NCBI RefSeq assembly: GCF_053165375.1
Contig: NZ_CP159209.1
Direction: 5' to 3' (one strand)
DNA: 32,000 nucleotides
The position numbers and the translations under genes were made by a program. Below, one piece after another: positions 12,506 to 21,321 of the stretch. The first letter of the stretch is position 1, and every line of letters starts with the position of its first letter. The notes beneath the pieces were generated by a model. The model was not told the DNA's origin. It did no database searches and saw only the letters and a program-made list of their open reading frames with translations.

Positions 12506-12581
12506 GCCGATATAGCTCAGTTGGTAGAGCAGCGCATTCGTAATGCGAAGGTCGTAGGTTCGACTCCTATTATCGGCACCA
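12506..12581 (+). tRNA. thrW: tRNA-Thr (anticodon CGU), element integration target
   Basis: GCCGATATAGCTCAGTTGGTAGAGCAGCGCATTCGTAATGCGAAGGTCGTAGGTTCGACTCCTATTATCGGCACCA; intact cloverleaf with encoded CCA. Confidence 0.97.
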
Positions 12582-12582
12582 T
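12565..12582 (+). repeat. Left att core (within the thrW 3' end)
   Basis: TCCTATTATCGGCACCAT. Confidence 0.9.
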
Positions 12583-12598
12583 TCAAACATCTCCCCAA

Positions 12599-12674
12599 GT
12601 CTACTAAAGTCTTTCAAAACCCCTTATAATCCGCGTATTAAAGCCCCGTTCGTCTTTTGACGTCTACTAAAGTC
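12599..12674 (+). repeat. Direct repeats GTCTACTAAAGTC (12599-12611 and 12662-12674), candidate integrase arm-type sites
   Basis: 13-bp perfect repeat 63 bp apart, between thrW and int; the extended forms are AAAGTCTTTCAAAA and AAAGTCCCTCAAAA. Confidence 0.6.
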
Positions 12675-12746
12675 CCTCAAAATCTACGGTCAGATGGGGG
12701 TACTTATGGGGGTATTTGCTGTTCGGTTTAGTGGAGGTACCCCCAA

Positions 12747-13961
12747 GTGAAACTCAATGCCCGTCAAATAGACACAGCCAAGCCAAAAGAGAAGGCTTAC
12801 AAGCTGGCCGATGGTGGCGGTTTGTATCTCTTGGTAAAACCTAATGGAGGTAAATACTGGCGACTTAAATATCGTGTAGCTGGTAAAGAGAAGCTATTGG
12901 CACTAGGTGTGTATCCTGAGGTTACTCTAGCCGATGCTCGGGCAAAACGTGAAGATGCGAAAAGAGGTATCGCTGGTGGTATCGATCCGATGGAAGCGAA
13001 ACGAGAGGAAAAGATTGCCCGGGAAACGCAGTTAAACAACACCTTCAAAGATATTGCCCTTGAGTGGCACAGCAGCAAATTAAAAAAATGGTCTGCTGGT
13101 TATGCTTCAGACATCCTCGAAGCCTTCAACAAAGATGTGTTCCCTTACATTGGCAAAAAACCAATCGCCGAAATCAAACCACTTGAACTTCTGAATGTGC
13201 TGCGGCGCATTGAGGGGCGCGGTGCTACAGAAAAAGCCAAAAAAGTGAGGCAGCGGTGCGGGGAAGTTTTCCGCTATGCAATAGTCACTGGTCGCGCAGA
13301 GTATAACCCTGCACCAGACCTTACTAGCGCGATGCAAGGCCATGAATCTAATCATTACCCTTTCCTTACAGCCAAAGAATTACCTGATTTTTTCAAGGCA
13401 TTGTCCAGTTACTCAGGAAGCGCATTGGTTGTTATGGCGGCTCGTCTACTGATTATCACAGGCTTGCGGACTGGCGAACTACGTGGCGCATTATGGGATG
13501 AAATTGATTTCAACAAGGCTCTCTGGGAGATACCCGCTTCACGTATGAAAATGCGGCGGCCTCATATTGTGCCATTGTCTGAGCAGGCTCTTTCGCTTAT
13601 TGGGAAGATTAGAGAAATAACAGGCAATTACCCTCTTATGTTTCCCGGGCGCAATGATCCAAGGAAAACAATGAGTGAGGCCAGCATAAACCAAGTGTTT
13701 AAGCGCATTGGCTACGCTGGACGTGTAACTGGTCATGGGTTCCGGCACACTATGAGTACGATTTTGCATGAGCAGGGCTATAACACCGCGTGGATAGAAA
13801 CGCAGCTCGCTCACGTTGATAAGAACTCAATTCGTGGCACATACAACCATGCGCAATATCTGGATGGAAGGCGGGAGATGCTTCAATGGTATGCCGACTA
13901 TATGGATTCTCTCGAGCATGGCGGAAATGTGGTGCATATGGTGTTTGAAAAACACGCATGA
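12747..13961 (+). CDS. int: P4-type tyrosine-recombinase integrase
   Basis: 404 aa; LADGGGLYLLVKPNGGKYWRLKYRVAGKEKLLALGVYPEVTLADAR N-terminus; TGLRTGEL, HGFRHTMSTILHEQG, LAHVDKNSIRGTYNHAQYLDGR catalytic blocks. Confidence 0.97.
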   Translation: MKLNARQIDTAKPKEKAYKLADGGGLYLLVKPNGGKYWRLKYRVAGKEKLLALGVYPEVTLADARAKREDAKRGIAGGIDPMEAKREEKIARETQLNNTFKDIALEWHSSKLKKWSAGYASDILEAFNKDVFPYIGKKPIAEIKPLELLNVLRRIEGRGATEKAKKVRQRCGEVFRYAIVTGRAEYNPAPDLTSAMQGHESNHYPFLTAKELPDFFKALSSYSGSALVVMAARLLIITGLRTGELRGALWDEIDFNKALWEIPASRMKMRRPHIVPLSEQALSLIGKIREITGNYPLMFPGRNDPRKTMSEASINQVFKRIGYAGRVTGHGFRHTMSTILHEQGYNTAWIETQLAHVDKNSIRGTYNHAQYLDGRREMLQWYADYMDSLEHGGNVVHMVFEKHA

Positions 13962-14040
13962 AACAACTGGACAAGTATACAGAGGTTTACTAAAGTATAG
14001 GGGAGTAGATTGATAAAAACTCACAGAGGATTACTATTTA

Positions 14041-14520
14041 ACAGTTAGCCCTGGAGAAGGGCAATCGCTCTTTTAACAACGAAGATGGAATCTTCTACGC
14101 AGCTGAAAAGCTGGATGCTCTTTAACAGCCTTTGGTGCTTTCCTGATGCAGGAAAGAATAGGGATACATGCACCTTTACAATGCATGTAATGATTCATCC
14201 ATGAGGCTGCGGATCGCTGACAAAGCGCAATTGCTCTTTAACATTGATGTGGGCGGGATGGTTCGTCCCGCAGTGACCGATAGATTTCTATCGGGAAACA
14301 TACAATGATTCAAATATGAATCTACGGCGCTGACAAAGCGCAATTGCTCTCTTGCCTGCCCACCATGCCCTGAAAAAGGGCGTTCTTTAAAACTACTGGA
14401 TGTCACGCCTAATAGCGTGATCCTGCCGAAATGCAGGGTAGCTCTACCCTTGTGGAGCAAACAAACCAAAACAATCTGACTATCTTTTATAAAAGACCGC
14501 AATATGTTTTTCATATTGTG
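14041..14520 (+). promoter_or_regulatory. Highly structured intergenic region with boxA-like motifs and a 23-bp perfect direct repeat
   Basis: TGCTCTTTAACA at 14116-14127 and 14232-14243; CGCTGACAAAGCGCAATTGCTCT at 14215-14237 and 14328-14350; many perfect short hairpins. Confidence 0.65.
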
Positions 14521-14612
14521 GTCTTTGGCGTATTCGACATTTGATGCAAATAAAACTCTCGCCATTCGTTGCAGGAGGGAGTTATTGCGTCATTAGTACA
14601 GGATATTAATAA

Positions 14613-14816
14613 ATGGCTAATTACAATTCATTAATTCGTCTCTCTGAAGTTCAAAGGCGAACTGGTTATAGCAAAGCATGGATTTATCGTCTTATTAGTC
14701 AGGGGAGGTTCCCTAAACAGGTAAAAATTGGAAGTCGGGCAATTGCTTTTGTTGAGTCTGAAATAGATGAATGGATTGAGAAGTGTATATTAGAATCTAG
14801 AGACGAGGTGGCCTGA
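14613..14816 (+). CDS. AlpA-family transcriptional regulator
   Basis: 67 aa MANYNSLIRLSEVQRRTGYSKAWIYRLISQGRFPKQVKIGSRAIAFVESEIDEWI; typical AlpA wHTH. Confidence 0.92.
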   Translation: MANYNSLIRLSEVQRRTGYSKAWIYRLISQGRFPKQVKIGSRAIAFVESEIDEWIEKCILESRDEVA

Positions 14817-15247
14817 TGGAAAAGAAAAACCGCCCATTACAGGCGGCTAATTCAGATATTCGCGTATCTGATGTTACGCCCCTGACAAAATCCCTTCAAG
14901 CACCAAAGCGCACACCGAAAAAGCATCGTGCCAGAGTCTATATGCTGCGTACTGGTATAGAGGGATGGACAGAAAATGACATTCTTCGCTACTGCCGTCT
15001 GTCTTCTGGTCGTAACTATGCAACAGAGTTAGAACGCCAGCTTGGAATCACTCTGGAGCGTATCGACGAAAAGAATCCTGATGGTATCGGAACACACCTT
15101 CGCTACCGTTTCTCCTGCCGTGGTGATGTTCTGAAAGTGATCACTCATGTTAACCATCTTGCGAGCATAAATGATCACAACGGACTTTCTCAGCAGGAAA
15201 TTGCCGACATTCTGAAACTCTACCCGGACGCGTTTAACGCCGCCTAA
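14816..15247 (+). CDS. Hypothetical protein, possible DNA-binding regulator
   Basis: 143 aa, ATG overlaps the alpA stop; WTENDILRYCRLSSGRNYATELERQLG; no recognised family. Confidence 0.7.
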   Translation: MEKKNRPLQAANSDIRVSDVTPLTKSLQAPKRTPKKHRARVYMLRTGIEGWTENDILRYCRLSSGRNYATELERQLGITLERIDEKNPDGIGTHLRYRFSCRGDVLKVITHVNHLASINDHNGLSQQEIADILKLYPDAFNAA

Positions 15248-15259
15248 CGGAGACTGAAA

Positions 15260-16093
15260 ATGAACATCGAAAAAAGCAGATTAATTTCTGAGGCCGCCCC
15301 TCATCTGAACGCCTCTCTGGGCACAATTAACGGTAATGAATTTGCCGCAATTGTCCCGGTTATTCCTGGTCATATCGGTGGGCGTGAAACCAATATTGTT
15401 AGCGCAAAAGCGTTACACAAAGCGTTGGGCGTGGGAAAAGACTTCTCTACATGGATCACTGATCGCATCTCTGAATATGACTTCACCATTGGGCACGATT
15501 ACTCAGTCCATAAAACAATTTCCCCAAATTTGGGGAAAAGCCCGAATGGCGCGGCTTACAGCAAGATTAAGCAGTCTGGCAGACCCGGCAAAGACTATCT
15601 GTTAAGTGTCGGAATGGCGAAAGAACTGGCAATGATCGAACGCAATGATCAGGGTCGCGCTATCCGTCGTTATTTCATCCAGTGCGAGGAAGAATTACAG
15701 CGTAGCGTGCCTGAAATCGCCGCCCGCTATCGTCGCCAGCTAAAAGCCCGTATCAGTGCCGCAAACAACTTTAAGCCAATGTGCGATGCGCTGAATATGG
15801 CCCGTGCCGAGCAGGGGAAAATGACGCAGCAACACCACTACACAAACGAGAGCAATATGATTTCTCGTATCGTTCTTGGTGGGCTAACTGCTAAGCAGTG
15901 GGCGCGGATAAATGGCTATTCTGGCGAACCTCGCGACCATATGAACGCAGAACAACTTGAGCACCTCTCATATCTCGAAAGCACCAATATCACGTTAATT
16001 GATATGGGCATGGAATATGAGCAGCGCAAAGGAGAACTCACCCGCCTGTCGCAACGCTGGCTCGCCAAGCGTCTGGAGGCGGTCAATGTCTAA
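15260..16093 (+). CDS. Phage antirepressor, AntA/AntB N-terminal domain plus P22AR-like C-terminus
   Basis: IVSAKALHKALGVGKDFSTWITDRISEYDFTIGHDYSVH... and KDYLLSVGMAKELAMIERNDQGRAIRRYFIQCEEELQ. Confidence 0.88.
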   Translation: MNIEKSRLISEAAPHLNASLGTINGNEFAAIVPVIPGHIGGRETNIVSAKALHKALGVGKDFSTWITDRISEYDFTIGHDYSVHKTISPNLGKSPNGAAYSKIKQSGRPGKDYLLSVGMAKELAMIERNDQGRAIRRYFIQCEEELQRSVPEIAARYRRQLKARISAANNFKPMCDALNMARAEQGKMTQQHHYTNESNMISRIVLGGLTAKQWARINGYSGEPRDHMNAEQLEHLSYLESTNITLIDMGMEYEQRKGELTRLSQRWLAKRLEAVNV

Positions 16094-16265
16094 GCCAACA
16101 GGAACACCACAACCTCAAAAACGCTACAAAGATGCCCACGGAGCACTCGTTACTGTCGAAAGCGTGTCTCACAACCGAGTGACGTTTTATCGCGACGGGT
16201 ATCAATCGCCATGCGTACAACCGCTGGCGCGTTTCATGAAGGAGTTCGCGGAGGTTAACCAATGA
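16086..16265 (+). CDS. Small DUF4222-like protein (59 aa)
   Basis: [59 protein letters not shown]; internal start of the track ORF 15999..16265. Confidence 0.65.
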   Translation: MSKPTGTPQPQKRYKDAHGALVTVESVSHNRVTFYRDGYQSPCVQPLARFMKEFAEVNQ

Positions 16266-17290
16266 TACCCGTCCAGAAGAAGACATTTTCACTGGCTGGT
16301 ATGTCGCCAAAATCCAGCAATATGACGGCAAAGTCAGGCATTAATACAGCAGATACAAGCAAAGTTTATCATTTGCTGGTGGTCGGAACGGATGCCTTAA
16401 CCATACCAGAAATCTCGGGCGATGATATTAGCATTGAGAAGGTCAGCGGCTGCGCCAGAAAATTTCTGGTCGTAGATGATGTCTTCCGCTCGTGTAGTGA
16501 CTCCACAAAAACCTTCGTCCATGCGCGTGACGTTAACGAAATGAGCGCGATGTATTGTGCATCTGGTGCTTCCAATAGTGAGTTTTCGGAGTCCATAAAA
16601 AAGAGCTTGCCGTTATGCGGCAACACGGTTTATGGTTATAAGGCACCTCATAAAACGGGTGCCGGGATTGGCCTCCCGCTGACAATCGAGGCGATACATG
16701 ACGCGCCAGCGTCTTTTTTTGTATCGGCGCACACGCACACCTTATCAATGGTGGGCTGTATGGGGCTACCTTCGGGTAGGCTGGTTTCCTTGATTGCCAG
16801 TAAGGCCAACTCCGTACAGTCCACCGCCAGCAAGATTGGTCTCTTGGGCGGTGGCTATAAACCATCAATCAAGGAGGCTGCCACATGCTGGCTACTACCC
16901 CTACCCAAAAACCGCAATTTATCTGGATTATCGCCGCAGTTCGCCGCGATTGCCCGACAATTACCGCCAAAATTCATCATATTGCTGCCGAGTCTGAACG
17001 CGATGCTCGCCGTTCTCTGGTGCGCGATCACGTCTGCTTTTTTGCTGGTCGTATCCGCATGGAGGTGGCACATGATTAAAACCTACGATGTGCATATGGA
17101 TCCCCTCGAACGCACAAGCCAGATCATCACACTGACAGAAGTGATTAACGACATTCTGGTGAGCAACTCTCCCTCACGAGACGAAAGACTGAAGGCGTTA
17201 CTCGCGATATTGGATCTCGCCGTTCGTGACGTTCATTTCCTGCTGGAAGGTGGCGAAATGCCAGTAAAAACGGGGGCAACCAATGAATAA
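16262..17290 (+). CDS. Long ORF containing an Ash-family-like segment; may be several genes read in one frame
   Basis: Contains [30 protein letters not shown] (Ash-like). The C-terminal 72 aa may be a separate gene from ATG 17072. Confidence 0.55.
   Translation: MIPVQKKTFSLAGMSPKSSNMTAKSGINTADTSKVYHLLVVGTDALTIPEISGDDISIEKVSGCARKFLVVDDVFRSCSDSTKTFVHARDVNEMSAMYCASGASNSEFSESIKKSLPLCGNTVYGYKAPHKTGAGIGLPLTIEAIHDAPASFFVSAHTHTLSMVGCMGLPSGRLVSLIASKANSVQSTASKIGLLGGGYKPSIKEAATCWLLPLPKNRNLSGLSPQFAAIARQLPPKFIILLPSLNAMLAVLWCAITSAFLLVVSAWRWHMIKTYDVHMDPLERTSQIITLTEVINDILVSNSPSRDERLKALLAILDLAVRDVHFLLEGGEMPVKTGATNE
16885..17079 (+). CDS. Host cell division inhibitor Icd-like protein, in an alternate frame inside 16262..17290
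   Basis: [64 protein letters not shown]; Icd-like [15 protein letters not shown] pattern. Confidence 0.65.
   Translation: MLATTPTQKPQFIWIIAAVRRDCPTITAKIHHIAAESERDARRSLVRDHVCFFAGRIRMEVAHD
17072..17290 (+). CDS. Small hypothetical protein (72 aa), alternative start within the long ORF
   Basis: [61 protein letters not shown]; SD-like GGAGGT just upstream; overlaps the Icd-like stop. Confidence 0.6.
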   Translation: MIKTYDVHMDPLERTSQIITLTEVINDILVSNSPSRDERLKALLAILDLAVRDVHFLLEGGEMPVKTGATNE

Positions 17291-17477
17291 CTCAATTAAT
17301 ACCCCTCGCCTTACGTCCGCACTTCAATTAATCGAGCAAGCAGCGGCTGTCCTGGTTGCTGTCAGTCTTTCGGCTGAAGAAATGGACGCTGCTGATGTCG
17401 TGGATGCGATTAAAGCGTGCTCATCTTTGGTTAACGATGCCCGTGCCGAGCTGGTAATTCTTGGGGGTGAAAAATGA
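17283..17477 (+). CDS. Small hypothetical protein (64 aa)
   Basis: Tight overlap in a co-directional run; stop/start overlaps on both sides. Confidence 0.6.
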   Translation: MNNSINTPRLTSALQLIEQAAAVLVAVSLSAEEMDAADVVDAIKACSSLVNDARAELVILGGEK

Positions 17478-17737
17478 ATATCAACTTAATTTATCGTCAT
17501 CCGTGTGAGCTGGAAATTGAATCATTGCTGGGGCGCGAAGAGCCATATCCAGACACATTCACTCCCGCAGATTGCGCGACTGAACGGCTTACCAGAGCGC
17601 GCACAGGTCTGGTTCATGTGATGAATGAGATTGTTCCCTCGGTGGGAGGGGAACAGGCGACAGTAATCAATAGCTGGCTACAAAAAGTTACCTCCCTGAT
17701 AGATATCGGTTTAATCGATGTGGAGAGTGCGAAATGA
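17474..17737 (+). CDS. Small hypothetical protein (87 aa)
   Basis: ATGA-type overlaps with both neighbours. Confidence 0.65.
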   Translation: MNINLIYRHPCELEIESLLGREEPYPDTFTPADCATERLTRARTGLVHVMNEIVPSVGGEQATVINSWLQKVTSLIDIGLIDVESAK

Positions 17738-17955
17738 CCAACATCCAGCTCATTGAAGCGCAATGTCGCATCGAACAGGTTCAGACTGTTTTAGGGTTCT
17801 GGCTTGAAGGGGCCAGCCCCAGCAACAGAGACAAGTTAATGATTGGCGCGGTTATGTCACTGCTCAATGGCGTACCAGAAGCTATTCAGGAAGCAGACGA
17901 ATTGTTGGGCAAATATGAGTTACAGAATCATTCAGGCGAGGCGAAACATGAATAA
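17734..17955 (+). CDS. Small hypothetical protein (73 aa)
   Basis: ATGA overlap with the previous ORF; MTNIQLIEAQCRIEQVQTVLGFWLEGASPSNRDKLMIGAVMSLLNGV. Confidence 0.65.
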   Translation: MTNIQLIEAQCRIEQVQTVLGFWLEGASPSNRDKLMIGAVMSLLNGVPEAIQEADELLGKYELQNHSGEAKHE

Positions 17956-18550
17956 TTTCTTAACTTTCCATGCAGAAGCAACGCCTGACGGCGTAAACAT
18001 CATGCACCGCAGCAACGATGGCATGACAGAACGCGTTGAGACCGTCTCATATATTGATGCCGTAAATCGTCTGGATGCCGGGGATTATGACGATAAACCA
18101 GATGAAGGCATGTTTATACATCTCGCTATTGCCAGTGGCGGCAACCAGGGATATTTCGATTACACATCACAGCATCACGTGATTATGTGGCGCTGGCTGA
18201 TAGCAACAGCATTCATCAATGAAATGAGAAAGGAAAACGGCACCGTCAGCATTATTGATGACAGTGGCAATCATTCCGTGGTTTCTGTTTATTCCAATGG
18301 CATCGTCGCCATGCCGCTGTATCCAGTAGCAGAGCGCCTCGCTATGGCAAACAACATTGAGGGCGCAATGATCGAGAAATATGGTGTTGATGTCGGAACA
18401 AAGAATGCCATCATTTTTTACAGCAACATGTTCGATGTCGAACAGGGAACACTCACTTCGTTTGGGCGAGAAGTGCTTGCCGATCTTCACAACAGCTTTA
18501 TTGCCGAACTAAACGAAAACGGCATCCCAGAAGCACCAGTGACGCACTAA
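17948..18550 (+). CDS. Hypothetical protein (200 aa)
   Basis: MNNFLTFHAEATPDGVNIMHRSNDGMTERVETVSYIDAVNRL...; internal start of the track ORF 17843..18550. Confidence 0.7.
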   Translation: MNNFLTFHAEATPDGVNIMHRSNDGMTERVETVSYIDAVNRLDAGDYDDKPDEGMFIHLAIASGGNQGYFDYTSQHHVIMWRWLIATAFINEMRKENGTVSIIDDSGNHSVVSVYSNGIVAMPLYPVAERLAMANNIEGAMIEKYGVDVGTKNAIIFYSNMFDVEQGTLTSFGREVLADLHNSFIAELNENGIPEAPVTH

Positions 18551-18562
18551 ACGGGGGCCAGA

Positions 18563-20914
18563 ATGCGAAACATTGATCTTATCCGTCAGGTTATCAGTGC
18601 GTCTGAAAACAACTGGCCTCATGTGCTGGGCTGCCTGAACATAAATGTCCCTGACTCTCCGCGCCGTCATGCTCCCTGCCCTGCATGTGGGGGCAAAGAT
18701 CGATTCCGGTTCGATGACAACGGGCGCGGTAGCTTCATCTGTAATCAGTGCGGCGCTGGTGATGGGCTGGATTTAATTAAACGCGTAAATAACTGCGACA
18801 CAACAGAGGCGGCGCTTCTTGCCGCTGATGTTCTGGGTATTGATTACCGGACAACGGAAACACCAGAAGCCACCAGCCAGAAACGGGAACAACTGGAAAC
18901 CGAGCGCCAGCGACGCGAACAGGAGCGCCTGAAAAGGGCAGAGAAGGACGAACAACAAAGACGGGATACGTTTTCCCGTCAGTTTGATGACATGCGCAGA
19001 AAGGCTGTAAACGGCAAATCTGATTATCTGGTTGCGAAAGGGGTAGGTGATTTTACATTCCCCGTGTTGCCCGATGGATCTCTGTTGCTGGCGCTGGTGG
19101 ATAAATCCGGCGCAGTCACAGCAGCACAGACTATTACCCCACATGGTGAAAAAAGACTCCTGACAGGTTCGGCAAAGCGGGGGGCATATCACGCCATAAA
19201 CGCACAGAAACGACCTCACAGCATCATAATTGCTGAGGGGGTGGCTACCGCCCTGTCGTGCCATTTAATTCGCCCTGACGCAATGACAGTGGCAGCAATC
19301 GACGCTGGCAACCTGTTGCCAGTAGCGGAAGTCATGCGCAGAACATATCCGCAGGCACAAATAATCATTGCCGCAGATAACGATCACCAGCAAGGAGACT
19401 CAGAAAGTGGAGGGATCAACACGGGGAAAGATGCCGCAGAGAGGGCCGCTATTTCCGTAGCTGGCTGGGTGTCTCTGCCACCGACTGACTATAAAGCCGA
19501 CTGGAACGACTATCACCAACAACACGGGCTGGCGGCAGCCACAGCAGCATTTAAAGATTCGATGTACCAGCCACGGGGGAAAGGGGCGCAGGTGAAAAAT
19601 CACAAACAGTCAGTCGGGGCGCTGAATGAGATCAGTTCTGGCGAGGTGTTAAGCGATGATGAAATTGCTGTCCTCGAAGAAATCAACCGGACGTTTACGC
19701 ATGTCACCATCGGCGGGAAACACAAGGTGGTGTCGCTAAAGCCTTCTCAAACCGGCGGTGTATCGCACGTTTTCGAGGATTTATCACAATTTCAGCATTA
19801 TTTTCATCATAAACCGAGAGTCGCCAGAAAGCTGGCGGGATCGGCGTGGCTGTCATGGAGTGGGAAGAACTACAAGCCAGGAGGCGTAGGATTTTATCCA
19901 GTACCAGACAAATGCCCTGACGATGTTTTTAATCTGTATGAGGGGCTGGCACTGGAACCAATTGAAGGAGATTGCACGGTATACCTTAATCACCTGTTGC
20001 AGGTTGTCTGTGCCGGTAATGAGGAGGCATACCAATATCTTATCCAGTGGATGGCGCACATTATCCAAAAGCCTGATGAAAAACCGTCCGTGGCAATCGT
20101 GATGAAATCTGTCCCGGGCACAGGGAAAGGCACAACGGTTAAACCGCTGCTGCAAATACTGGGGCAGTACGCCGCCCACATTAACGGGGCGGGACATATT
20201 TCAGGGCGCTTCAATTCAATACTTGCTAACAAGCTACTGGTATTTGCTGACGAAGTGACGATCCACAAGCCGTCTGAAGCTGACAGACTTAAAGCGATTA
20301 TTAGCGAACCGACGTTTAACCTTGAGCGCAAGGGAATTGATGCTGAACCAATGCCGAATTTTGCCCGGTTGATATTTGCCAGTAACAGCACACAGGTATT
20401 ACAGGCAGGGATAAGAGAGCGTCGCTATCTCGTGCTTGAGCCATCTCCTGAAAAAGCACAGAGTCGGGAGTATTTTGATCGGCTGTACAGTTGGCTTAAT
20501 GATGGCGGTGCCGCAAAGTTGCTTTGGCATCTTAAAGGGGTGGATCTCTCAGGTTTTGACCCTCAACGAGCGCCACAGACCGATGCCTTACGTGAAGAAA
20601 TCTTGCTGGGGCTGTCTGGCGTTGAATTGTTTCTTTATGGCGAGCTAATCAATGAACCTCCGTTTAATGGCGAAGTCCGTTTGTTTGCAAAGGATATGGT
20701 TAGTCGATTTGTAGCGTGGTCGCTTGAGCGTGGGGAAAAGCTTAAAGAGCCAGCAGCCAGATCACTACTGGGTAAATCACTTGCACAAATGGGGCTGGTG
20801 AAGCATGGAAGACCAGACCGAGGGAATGGCGTGTTCTACGAACTACCAGAGGTCGGAGTTCTACAGGCTGCGTTTGCCCGTCTGATCGGTATGGGGGGTT
20901 ATGATGTTTTTTAA
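18563..20914 (+). CDS. P4-alpha-like replication protein: zinc-binding primase, Toprim and phage/plasmid-type helicase
   Basis: CPACGGKDRFRFDDNGRGSFICNQCGAGDG zinc finger; IIIAEGVATALSCHL Toprim; MKSVPGTGKGTTVKPLLQILG Walker A; LLVFADEV Walker B. Confidence 0.93.
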   Translation: MRNIDLIRQVISASENNWPHVLGCLNINVPDSPRRHAPCPACGGKDRFRFDDNGRGSFICNQCGAGDGLDLIKRVNNCDTTEAALLAADVLGIDYRTTETPEATSQKREQLETERQRREQERLKRAEKDEQQRRDTFSRQFDDMRRKAVNGKSDYLVAKGVGDFTFPVLPDGSLLLALVDKSGAVTAAQTITPHGEKRLLTGSAKRGAYHAINAQKRPHSIIIAEGVATALSCHLIRPDAMTVAAIDAGNLLPVAEVMRRTYPQAQIIIAADNDHQQGDSESGGINTGKDAAERAAISVAGWVSLPPTDYKADWNDYHQQHGLAAATAAFKDSMYQPRGKGAQVKNHKQSVGALNEISSGEVLSDDEIAVLEEINRTFTHVTIGGKHKVVSLKPSQTGGVSHVFEDLSQFQHYFHHKPRVARKLAGSAWLSWSGKNYKPGGVGFYPVPDKCPDDVFNLYEGLALEPIEGDCTVYLNHLLQVVCAGNEEAYQYLIQWMAHIIQKPDEKPSVAIVMKSVPGTGKGTTVKPLLQILGQYAAHINGAGHISGRFNSILANKLLVFADEVTIHKPSEADRLKAIISEPTFNLERKGIDAEPMPNFARLIFASNSTQVLQAGIRERRYLVLEPSPEKAQSREYFDRLYSWLNDGGAAKLLWHLKGVDLSGFDPQRAPQTDALREEILLGLSGVELFLYGELINEPPFNGEVRLFAKDMVSRFVAWSLERGEKLKEPAARSLLGKSLAQMGLVKHGRPDRGNGVFYELPEVGVLQAAFARLIGMGGYDVF

Positions 20915-20943
20915 TATAGTCTTTTTACAAGAAGATCGTTTTT

Positions 20944-21047
20944 ACCTGTACCACCTATACCACTTTGCTAATTCAGTATTAAAAACAGTGCGTTATAGTG
21001 GTACAGGTCAATATCTTACCTATACCAGACCTGTACCACCTATACCA
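20944..21047 (+). repeat. Iteron-like repeats, cluster 1
   Basis: ACCTGTACCACCTATACCA at 20944-20962 and 21029-21047 (19/19), plus inverted GGTACAGGT near 21000. Confidence 0.7.
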
Positions 21048-21090
21048 TTAACAAACGCATTTCTTCTGGCTGGCTGAGAGGAAACAACCA

Positions 21091-21321
21091 ATGATGAGCA
21101 CACCATTTTACAAAGTGCGCCAGTTAGCTTCTTCCTCTGGCTGGCAGCTACGGTTTGAGGGGCGTTCAGACTGGCTACCCATTGCGGCATGGGCGAATGT
21201 TGAAATGTGTATTGACGGCGATACCGTTGAAATCATTATTCCCTGCGTGGCAAGTCGGGACGGCTGTATAGAGCCAACAGATATGGCAGCAGAAATCAGA
21301 GAGGTAAAACATGAACAATAA
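21091..21321 (+). CDS. Hypothetical protein (76 aa)
   Basis: MMSTPFYKVRQLASSSGWQLRFEGRSDWLPIAAWANVEMCIDGDTVE... Confidence 0.65.
   Translation: MMSTPFYKVRQLASSSGWQLRFEGRSDWLPIAAWANVEMCIDGDTVEIIIPCVASRDGCIEPTDMAAEIREVKHEQ

Noticed and set aside
14215-14350. CRISPR array
   Set aside because: Only two copies of the 23-bp repeat with a 90-bp gap full of hairpins and no cas genes.
14041-14520. Retron msr-msd because of the dense hairpins
   Set aside because: No reverse transcriptase ORF anywhere in the window.
14176-14565. 129-aa minus-strand ORF in the int-alpA gap
   Set aside because: Lies across boxA-like repeats and hairpins and looks like a by-product of a structured non-coding region; not called as a gene.
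20436-20648. Small + strand ORF inside the primase
   Set aside because: Out of frame within the strongly supported primase/helicase coding region.
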